Shown here one piece after another: positions 18,593-26,637 of a DNA stretch of 64,000 bases (positions are counted from its first letter, which is position 1; the number at the start of each line of letters is the position of its first letter). The position numbers and the translations under genes are program-made. The notes under the pieces are model-generated. The model was not told where the DNA came from and did not search any database. It worked only from the letters and a program-made list of their open reading frames with translations. This DNA is from Candidatus Poribacteria bacterium (GTDB lineage Bacteria; Poribacteria; WGA-4E; WGA-3G): contig OZ242029.1 of NCBI GenBank assembly GCA_965205015.1, positions 1,216,001 to 1,280,000 on the forward strand. The letters are read 5' to 3'.

Positions 18593-19450
18593 ATGGAACG
18601 GACTTTCAAATGGCAAGATGTGGCTCACAAGTGTCGCCAAATGGTATTTTGCTTGACATTTCTTCTGCTTTATGGTATAAGTGTTAGCAACGCAGCCGTG
18701 GAAGTCGGATTTGTCTATCTCGGTGAGAAGGGACCCTTCACTGAGCCCGCGCTGAATTTTGCGGAAAAAGCATTCAAAACGCAGCAACTCGCAAAAGCAG
18801 ACTTGAAAAGCAACACATTCAAGGAGTTCGGCGTTATCTGGTGGCATGAAGGCGATACCGATCCAGGTGAATTGTCCAATGCCGAAATCGGGGCGTTCAT
18901 GGACTACGCCGAAAGTGGTGGGGCTGTCCTCTTAACAGGATGGGCAATCCGGCACGCAACCAACTTCGGACTCGAAAAAGCAGTGGCACGTCAGTTCGGC
19001 CCTGTCGCGGAAGACGGCATTGCGGTTGGTATTACCGTGCTAAAAGAGACGATTGAACGCGGTTTAGTGGAAGGTCTCGAAAATATCGACGGAAAAGCAC
19101 CGCAGGTAGACGATAGAATCCAAGTTAATTCCACAGGTTACCCAAAAAGTGGAGACTACTACGACAAGATTTGGACGGACTTTATTACGCTTGCCAACGC
19201 ATGGGGACCGCCTGCAAACGATTGGGGTGATCGGATTGCGGCGTTCGGCTATTGGGAGGCGGGTGCCGGAAAGGTATTCAATATGAACTGGCGACTCCCA
19301 AATTACCACAAAAATAACGAGGATATCGAGCAACTGGAGAAACTCACAGAAAACGTTATCAACTGGTTAGCAAGTGAATCGGAATTCGCGGAGGTTTCCG
19401 CTGGCGGTAAGCTGCCAATCGTGTGGAGCCGATTGAAGAATCAGCAGTAG
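18593..19450 (+). CDS. Secreted protein (possible class I glutamine amidotransferase-like fold) with C-terminal GKLPIVWSRLK tail
   Basis: ATG 18593 with SD aaggag; signal peptide; 'FMDYAESGGAVLLTG' segment. Confidence 0.65.
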   Translation: MERTFKWQDVAHKCRQMVFCLTFLLLYGISVSNAAVEVGFVYLGEKGPFTEPALNFAEKAFKTQQLAKADLKSNTFKEFGVIWWHEGDTDPGELSNAEIGAFMDYAESGGAVLLTGWAIRHATNFGLEKAVARQFGPVAEDGIAVGITVLKETIERGLVEGLENIDGKAPQVDDRIQVNSTGYPKSGDYYDKIWTDFITLANAWGPPANDWGDRIAAFGYWEAGAGKVFNMNWRLPNYHKNNEDIEQLEKLTENVINWLASESEFAEVSAGGKLPIVWSRLKNQQ

Positions 19451-19666
19451 CGCGAGATATTCGCTTGAGCGTCTAACAAACTACACCGGCGATAAAAAAA
19501 GCGAAAATAACGTCACATTTCACGTGTCACTTGACTTCTGCACGCCACAAACGTCACAATCGCACGAAGATAGAGCATATTTGATTAATATGTTCACTGA
19601 TTAACAACGTCTCAGTAATTGTAATATCTACGACGACAACAGCGATAATAACAAATTTTAGTTTGA

Positions 19667-20611
19667 TTGCCTAAAAAGGATACGCTACCATTGGATAATC
19701 TAAAAACTCAGACAGACGCACAATCGAATCTACCTGAAGGTGCTAAAGCACGCCTTGATCAAGGAAACTTAACCGGAGATATAGCATTTTCATTGGATGG
19801 CACACAACTCGCAGTCGCTTGTGACATCGGCGTTTGGATCTATGATGTGGAGAGCGGGCTCGGACTTAATCTCCTCGTTGAGCACAAGGAATACGTCAGA
19901 TGCGTCGCGTATTCTCCTGATGGGCGCGCGATTGCCAGTGGAAGTATAGACAACACGGTAGTTTTATGGGACGCAGTTGGCGGATCTGCGACTGCAACAC
20001 TGGTAGGACATACGGACGCTGTTCGGAGTGTTGCATATTCCGCGGATGGTGCCACCGTCGCAAGTGGAAGTCCTGATGGGACAGTGCGGTTATGGGATGC
20101 CAGCACAGGAGAAGCGAAAAATACACTCACGGGGTACGCAGACTCTATCAGATGTGTTAAATATTCCCCTGATGGGAGTACCCTCGCCGCTGGAACTGGG
20201 GACGACACAGTGGTATTGTGGGACGCTGCCACGGGAAGACACAAAGCAACACTAAAAGGACATACGCATATTGTCGATTCGATCGCCTATTCCTCCGATG
20301 GGGCAGTTCTTGCGAGCGGAAGTATTGACGGCACGGTTCGATTGTGGAATACAGATACAACGGAATTGATAACGACACTTACCGGACACGCCGGTTATGT
20401 CTGGAGCGTCGCTTACGCACCCGATGGCAAAACCGTCGCAAGCGGCGGGAATGACAACACCATTCGTTTATGGGATGTCGCAGGGGCAGCACTTAAAGAA
20501 ACATTCACAGGACACACAGGGAGCGTCAGGAATGTCGCGTATTCTCCTAACGGCAGTGTTCTCGCCAGTGGAAGCGATGACCATACCGTACTCATTTGGG
20601 ATCTCACGTAA
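19667..20611 (+). CDS. WD40 repeat protein
   Basis: About 7 GH...V.SVAYSPDG..ASGS.D.TVRLWD repeats; start uncertain. Confidence 0.9.
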   Translation: MPKKDTLPLDNLKTQTDAQSNLPEGAKARLDQGNLTGDIAFSLDGTQLAVACDIGVWIYDVESGLGLNLLVEHKEYVRCVAYSPDGRAIASGSIDNTVVLWDAVGGSATATLVGHTDAVRSVAYSADGATVASGSPDGTVRLWDASTGEAKNTLTGYADSIRCVKYSPDGSTLAAGTGDDTVVLWDAATGRHKATLKGHTHIVDSIAYSSDGAVLASGSIDGTVRLWNTDTTELITTLTGHAGYVWSVAYAPDGKTVASGGNDNTIRLWDVAGAALKETFTGHTGSVRNVAYSPNGSVLASGSDDHTVLIWDLT

Positions 20612-20625
20612 ATTATTAAGAAGCG

Positions 20626-20743
20626 TCATCAGTTAACAGTTTTCAGAAGTTAAGAGTCGCCAGTTATCAGTTATCAGTGGTCAGTTAAGGAGATGGGCTG
20701 CTAAACCAGAGGTTTTTTTAAGTATTAACTGAAAACCGATAAC
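20626..20743. repeat. Heptamer (cagttat-like) repeat element with inverted distal arm
   Basis: cagttatcagttatcagtggtcagttaa ... ttaactgaaaaccgataac; related tracts at about 26601, 29260, 39100 and 50355. Confidence 0.65.
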
Positions 20744-20805
20744 GAAAAAAAAGGAGGACGGCGTCTCCTCGGTCGATCATAGCCCGGGGGCTCACGCCGA
20801 GTTTT

Positions 20806-23295
20806 TTGATGAAACCCAGGTCTAACTTTGTAACAACATTCCTTGTTGCATTTTCTATCTGTCTCGCGTCGGGAATTGGAGTTCCCGCTTACGCGGCGAG
20901 CGAGATGGAGCAGCCTGCGAGTGCAGAAGTTCCGACGGTGCAAGCGTTAAAAGTTCACCCTGAGTCACTGACATTGGAGCATGCGCGCGACGGTAGACGG
21001 GTGCTTGTGTCAGGAAAAACGAAAAGTGGCACATGGGTAGACGTAACACCTGCTGCTGTACTGACACCCACTACCGCAGGAGTGAAGGTATATGAAGATG
21101 GTTATATCTTCCCAATGGCGGTGGGCACAACAAAAATTACGGTGACAGTCAAAGGTGTCAGCACCGAATTGCCCGTGACCGTTAAAAGTATGGAGGCACC
21201 CCCTGTCAGCTTCGTGAGAGATGTTATGCCGCTCCTGAGCCATGCTGGGTGTAATAACGGCACATGTCACGGTGCAGCAAAGGGCAAAAATGGGTTCAAA
21301 CTCTCACTCCGCGGCTACGACCCCGATTTCGATTATGAACTTTTAATCGAGGACATATCCGGACGGCGGTTTAACCGGGCATTTCCCGAACAGAGTCTGA
21401 TGTTGCTAAAACCGACATCAGAGGTGCCCCACAAAGGCGGACAGGTAATTGTCCCAGGGAATCGGGACTATGAAATCATCCGTCAATGGATAGCAGAAGG
21501 CGCCACTCCTGACGTTCACACCACACAACGCGTCGAAAGGTTGGAGGTCATACCAGATTCGGCTGAACTCGCAATGCCGGGTATGCAGCAACAACTTATA
21601 GTGATCGCACACTATCCCGATGGCACAACCCGGGATGTCACCCGTGAAGCGAAGTTCACAAGTAGCGTCAATGAGGTGGCAAAGGTGACGGACGACGGCG
21701 TGGTAACCGCAGAACGCCGCGGGGAAACGGGGATCCTCACTCGATACGAAGGGGCCTATAGCACAAACGGCATCATCGTTATGGGCGACAGGAGCGGTTA
21801 CAAGTGGGTCAAAACCCCTCAATACAACTACATTGACACGCACGTCCACAATAAACTGAAACGGATGAAAATCCTGCCTTCTGAACTCTGCACAGATGAA
21901 GAGTTTGTACGGCGAATCTATTTCGATCTGACAGGTCTCCCGCCGACGCCGGCGCAGGTGAGGCGCTTCTTGACCGATACGACCGCCTCTAAAGCCAAAC
22001 GCGAGAAACTCATCGATGCCCTCGCCGAGACCTCAGAGTTTGTTGACCACTGGACGCATAAATGGGGCGATCTGTTGCAGTCTAACCGTAAATTCCTCGG
22101 TGAGCGTGGGATATGGCTCTTCCAACAATGGATCCACCAAGCCATTTCCGAGAATCGCCCGTATGACAAGTTTGTGCGAGATCTGATTACCGCAACCGGT
22201 AGCACCTACACGAATCCCGCAGCGAACTATTTCCGTGTTTCGCGTGAATACACGGCTGCGGTGGAAAACACAACCCAACTTTTCTTGGGGGTTCGGTTCT
22301 CCTGCAACAAATGCCATGACCATCCGTTTGAAAAATGGACGCAAAACCAGTACTATGAATTCGGTGCGTTCTTCGCGGATGTCAAAGTCAAACCGGGGCA
22401 GCTCCCCGGCGATGAGGTTGTTTACGCCAATTATACCCCAGAGCCTGTGAAACACCCCCGGACGTTAGCCGTGGTTGAACCCTCAGTACCGTTCGGAGAA
22501 ATTTCAGAAGAAACCGACGACAAACGTGAAATGCTCGCAGAGTGGCTCACCTCTAAAGAGAATCCAATGTTTGCTCGGGCAGGTGTGAACCGCATCTGGA
22601 GTTACTTCATGGGACGTGGGATCATCGAACCTGTAGACGATATCCGAACAAGCAATCCACCCACTAACCCTGAATTGCTTGACGCGTTGACAAAGGACTT
22701 CGTGGACAGCGGATTTGACATGAAACATATCATGAAGACAATCACACGTTCCCGAACCTACCAACAGAGCATCACAACGAATCAGTGGAACAAGGCGGAT
22801 ACGATTAACTTTTCGCACGCAGTTGCCAGACGCTTGACGGCGGAACAGTTGTTAGATGCGATTGGGATCGCGACAGGCAGCCGGCCCCGGTTTGAAGAGA
22901 TGCCGAAAAACTTCCGTGCAGTGCAGTTGCCGGACAGCAAAGTTAAAGATGATGGATTCTTGAAGTTGTTTGGCAGACCTGAGCGCGAAACTTCGTGCGA
23001 ATGTGAACGTACCACGGAGGTCAGCCTCGCACACGCAATGAATCTTATTAATGGACCGACGGTTGCAGAGTCACTCATCGATCCAGAAGGACGTATTGCA
23101 CAACTCATTAAAACGAATCATGATGACCGAGTTCTCGTTGAGGAACTCTATCTCGCGACGCTTTCTCGGTTACCGGAGAAGAACGAATACGCAGTAGCGA
23201 TCAAACACCTTGCGAATGCTGAATCCAAGGAAGAAGGCGCGCAAGACTTGCTGTGGGCACTCATTAACAGTCCCGCCTTCTTATTCAATCGCTAA
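20806..23295 (+). CDS. DUF1549 (PSCyt2) / DUF1553 (PSD1) protein with Ig-like domains
   Basis: Signal peptide; GCNNGTCHG, FVRRIYFDLTGLPPT, CNKCHDHP, NRIWSYFMGRGI, CECER, WALINSPAFLFN motifs. Confidence 0.9.
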   Translation: MMKPRSNFVTTFLVAFSICLASGIGVPAYAASEMEQPASAEVPTVQALKVHPESLTLEHARDGRRVLVSGKTKSGTWVDVTPAAVLTPTTAGVKVYEDGYIFPMAVGTTKITVTVKGVSTELPVTVKSMEAPPVSFVRDVMPLLSHAGCNNGTCHGAAKGKNGFKLSLRGYDPDFDYELLIEDISGRRFNRAFPEQSLMLLKPTSEVPHKGGQVIVPGNRDYEIIRQWIAEGATPDVHTTQRVERLEVIPDSAELAMPGMQQQLIVIAHYPDGTTRDVTREAKFTSSVNEVAKVTDDGVVTAERRGETGILTRYEGAYSTNGIIVMGDRSGYKWVKTPQYNYIDTHVHNKLKRMKILPSELCTDEEFVRRIYFDLTGLPPTPAQVRRFLTDTTASKAKREKLIDALAETSEFVDHWTHKWGDLLQSNRKFLGERGIWLFQQWIHQAISENRPYDKFVRDLITATGSTYTNPAANYFRVSREYTAAVENTTQLFLGVRFSCNKCHDHPFEKWTQNQYYEFGAFFADVKVKPGQLPGDEVVYANYTPEPVKHPRTLAVVEPSVPFGEISEETDDKREMLAEWLTSKENPMFARAGVNRIWSYFMGRGIIEPVDDIRTSNPPTNPELLDALTKDFVDSGFDMKHIMKTITRSRTYQQSITTNQWNKADTINFSHAVARRLTAEQLLDAIGIATGSRPRFEEMPKNFRAVQLPDSKVKDDGFLKLFGRPERETSCECERTTEVSLAHAMNLINGPTVAESLIDPEGRIAQLIKTNHDDRVLVEELYLATLSRLPEKNEYAVAIKHLANAESKEEGAQDLLWALINSPAFLFNR

Positions 23296-23332
23296 TAGTT
23301 TTCAGTTAACCAACAGATGGAGGAAACAATAG

Positions 23333-24778
23333 ATGTTATCGTTACCACAACTCCCCGGACGTTTATGTGACGGGTTCTCACGTCGTGAATTTCTACGTGT
23401 CGGTGGTGCGGCGATGCTCGGCATCAGTTTGCCACAAGTATTGTCACTCCAAGCCAACGCGAATACAACAGTTGATCCCGCCAAGCCGCTCAACGGATGG
23501 GGAAAAGCCAACTCGGTCATCCTTCTTTTCTTACAAGGCGGTCCGAGCCACCTTGACATCTGGGACCCGAAACCGGAAGCGCCGTCGAACATTCGCGGTG
23601 AATTTAATCCGATCCCGACCAATGTGCCGGGAATCCAGTTGTCTGAGACGATGCCGCGTTTGGCACAACAGATGGACAAAGCGTGCCTTATCCGTTCGGT
23701 CAGTTACACACCGGCGGGACTTTTCAACCACACCGCTGCGATGTACCAAATGGTAACGGGTGAAACGCCAGACAAGGTCGCGCCCTCGGGACAGCTCGAT
23801 CCGCCGTCCCCTGCCGACCATCCGAATGCCGCATCGCATATCGCAAACTACCGTCCACCCGATGAACCGATGCTCGCGGCAGTGCAACTCCCGCGCCCGA
23901 TGCAAGAGAGTAATATCATCGGTAAAGGTGGAAACGCTGGTTTCCTTGGCAGAGCATACGATCCGTACTTCCTGTTCCAAGATCCGAATCAGGAGATTAA
24001 CCTCGACGATCTGAGTTTACGTCCAGAGGTACCGCCGGTGCGTCTGAAACGTCGGAAAAACCTCCTTGAGACGATTAACAAAGGGATGCCCGAAATTGAC
24101 AAGGTCGCAGATTCCTACGCTTTGAACGAGTATTACGAGAAGGCGTATAACCTCATCCTGTCGCAGCGGGCACGCAACGCATTCGATTTGTCGCAAGAAC
24201 CGGATGAGATGCGAGATAAGTACGGTAGACACACGTTTGGACAGAGCGCCCTCCTCGCTCGCCGTTTGGTGGAAGCAGGCACCCGTTTCGTGCAGGTGAA
24301 CTGGCCCTCCGTCGCTAACGGCGATCCGAATACTACGGCATGGGATACGCACGCAACCAACTTTGGTCCGTTGAAGAACCTTCACTGCCCGAAGTTAGAC
24401 AGTGCCGTCTCCTCACTGCTGGAAGACTTGGATCAACGCGGTATGTTGGACGATACCCTCGTCTTAGCGATCGGTGAATTCGGACGCTCGCCGCGGATGG
24501 GTATCAGCACCTCCGGTAATAGCAACGCGCCTGATGGACGCGATCACTGGCCCTATTGTTACACAGGTCTGATTGCAGGTGCTGGTGTTAAAGGTGGACA
24601 GGTCTACGGGAAGTCCGATGCAACAGGCTCAACGCCGCTTGAGAACCCGGTGCATCCGAGAGACATCCTCGCCACGGTCTATCATACACTCGGTATCGAT
24701 CCGCACACCATCGTGTACAACCACTTGGATCAGCCACGCGAGTTAGTGAAAGGCGAACCGATTGCCGGGATATTCTAA
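23333..24778 (+). CDS. DUF1501 family protein (Tat-exported)
   Basis: SRREFL Tat motif; GGPSHLDIWDPKP, ARRLVEAG, WDTH, GEFGRSP, GRDHW motifs. Confidence 0.92.
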   Translation: MLSLPQLPGRLCDGFSRREFLRVGGAAMLGISLPQVLSLQANANTTVDPAKPLNGWGKANSVILLFLQGGPSHLDIWDPKPEAPSNIRGEFNPIPTNVPGIQLSETMPRLAQQMDKACLIRSVSYTPAGLFNHTAAMYQMVTGETPDKVAPSGQLDPPSPADHPNAASHIANYRPPDEPMLAAVQLPRPMQESNIIGKGGNAGFLGRAYDPYFLFQDPNQEINLDDLSLRPEVPPVRLKRRKNLLETINKGMPEIDKVADSYALNEYYEKAYNLILSQRARNAFDLSQEPDEMRDKYGRHTFGQSALLARRLVEAGTRFVQVNWPSVANGDPNTTAWDTHATNFGPLKNLHCPKLDSAVSSLLEDLDQRGMLDDTLVLAIGEFGRSPRMGISTSGNSNAPDGRDHWPYCYTGLIAGAGVKGGQVYGKSDATGSTPLENPVHPRDILATVYHTLGIDPHTIVYNHLDQPRELVKGEPIAGIF

Positions 24779-24790
24779 ATGTTGGCAGAA

Positions 24791-24888
24791 GTCTGGACTG
24801 GGATTTTTGGGATTTTTGTGAGTTACCATGATGATGAGACCTCCGATACTCAGGGTAATCCTTTAATCCGTTAAATCACAGTTCAGAC
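24791..24888. repeat. MITE-like repeat with inverted ends gtctggactgggatt / aatcacagttcagac
   Basis: Shares ttaccatgatgatga and aatc arms with 42113..42190. Confidence 0.65.
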
Positions 24889-24955
24889 TTTTTCACGACC
24901 GTCGCTATCTCATAGATGCTCTGGAAACACAGATTTCTCAGAAGATTCCAACGTT

Positions 24956-26623
24956 ATGCGTTCAAACATCAACAGTAAAATCGCGCTTAATATTGATGGT
25001 GATGCCAAAGTCTCCATCAAAGGTTTCATTGCCCCGATTGAACACACCCTCAGTAACCACCACATAGAGTTCGAGTGGGATGGGTTGGTGAATCTCCGAG
25101 TCACCGCGCCAGAAAAGGAGTATTCGGCATCCGTCTTCCGCGCGTTTCTGCCAGACGCAGCGGTGTCTGTTGGAAGTCCTTGGCAGATTGAAAAAGCGGG
25201 TGTCCTTGAACTGCTGCGGCAACTTCACCCAAATCCAGATTTGGATATGCGCTATACGGAAGGCGAAAATGGGACCCCTGGGTTGTGGGCGTGCTTGCGT
25301 GCTTACACCGATGAATTCGCGGAGATTCTGTTTCGCATTCATGCAGAATTCAGGTTAGGTGATGGTTGGTTCACGCCTTCACAATTTACCGGACATCTCG
25401 TTATCAACCGTCGGGAAGAAAGCGTCTCGTTTTTTCAGATGCGCGTTCCAGAAGGACCCGTGAATTTTGAGGTCGCCTGGCAGGACGAAAGGAATAATTG
25501 GGATGACTCCAACTGGATCATGGATACCGGTTTTTGCTCGCAAATGGAACTCCGTGCTGGGACCGAAGCCGTTCTACGAGACATCACAACCCGTTTGGAA
25601 AGCGCAATGGGCGGTTCTACTACCATTACGCAGAGGGCAGCTGAGCGTGTGTTAAACTGCCAGTTTTACAAATCGGAACAAATCGATTGGGTCTCGATGG
25701 AGACGGCGCTGGAATTAGCACAAACACAACAGAAACCGATTCACGCTATTTCCATAGATGGACCCTTGGCAGACGAGAGTTGCTGAGGAAGTGGCAAAGG
25801 CCTGAGGGCAGGTGCTCTCTCCGACGAACAAAACATCAAATTCTTGAATGAACATTTCATCAATACATGGGTATCCAATGTCGCCTTCGGTCGCACACCG
25901 AATAAACGCGCCTATCTTGCCAAGAGAATCCAGCACGGTTTCAAGGGGGTTGACACAACACACCCATTGGCGCAAGCTATCATAAACGGGTGGCAGTTAC
26001 ACTTGCCAATAGATTCTCTGGTTATCTCGTCTGAACTTGAAGTCATGGGTAGGCAAGATGCCAATCGACTCCACGAAGATAGCAGGGATCGGGGACTCTC
26101 CGAAGCGGAGGGGTACCGCCTATTCTTATCGGAAGCCTTAGCAGGCAAACGCCCTGGGTTGGGTAGAATCGTCCTAACCCCTGAGTGTCCCTCAGTCGAG
26201 ATAATGGACACTTTTCAGACGCCGATGATCCCCCATCAAGACTACACCGTCGTAGAGATTGATACCACGGCGTTTGAAGACGGCGGCACGCTTACACTGG
26301 ATATCGGCGTCGGGAGAGGTAAGGCGGAAGGGGTTTTTTACCTATTTGATGACAACAAAGACCTCCCAACAGAAAAAGCACCTGAAGGCGTATCTACCTC
26401 TGTCTGGGAGCGTCAAGAAGGCGAGGTTTATCTGGCAGCTCTCGATGCCCTCGCCACAGAAGCGGTTTACCCTGAAAAAACCGAAAGAATCACCTACCCT
26501 TTTGACGAAGGTGAGTTGTTTCGCTTGTGTGTTACCGGGAGTCCGTACAGTGCGAAAGGGAGTCACAACGCTTTCAACCTCAAAATCTCCGTAGAAGAGA
26601 AACTGATAACTGATAACCACTAA
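24956..26623 (+). CDS. Selenoprotein N (SELENON)-like protein, probable Sec at TGA 25784..25786, 555 aa
   Basis: Track ORFs 24956..25786 and 25844..26623 are in one frame joined by GPLADESC-U-GSGKGLRAGALS...FLNEHFINTW. Upstream FRIHAEF, FTPSQFTGHL and QMEL match SELENON motifs as I recall them. Confidence 0.88.
25800..25813 (+). promoter_or_regulatory. Candidate bacterial SECIS apical hairpin
   Basis: gcctg-aggg-caggt stem-loop, loop 18 nt after the TGA; possible lower stem gga..ggca / tgc..tcc. Confidence 0.6.
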
Positions 26624-26637
26624 TGAGGTAATTAAAA

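Noticed and set aside
24956-26623. Two separate genes or a nonsense pseudogene
   Set aside because: The TGA falls exactly at the SELENON Sec position with a downstream hairpin, so recoding is more parsimonious
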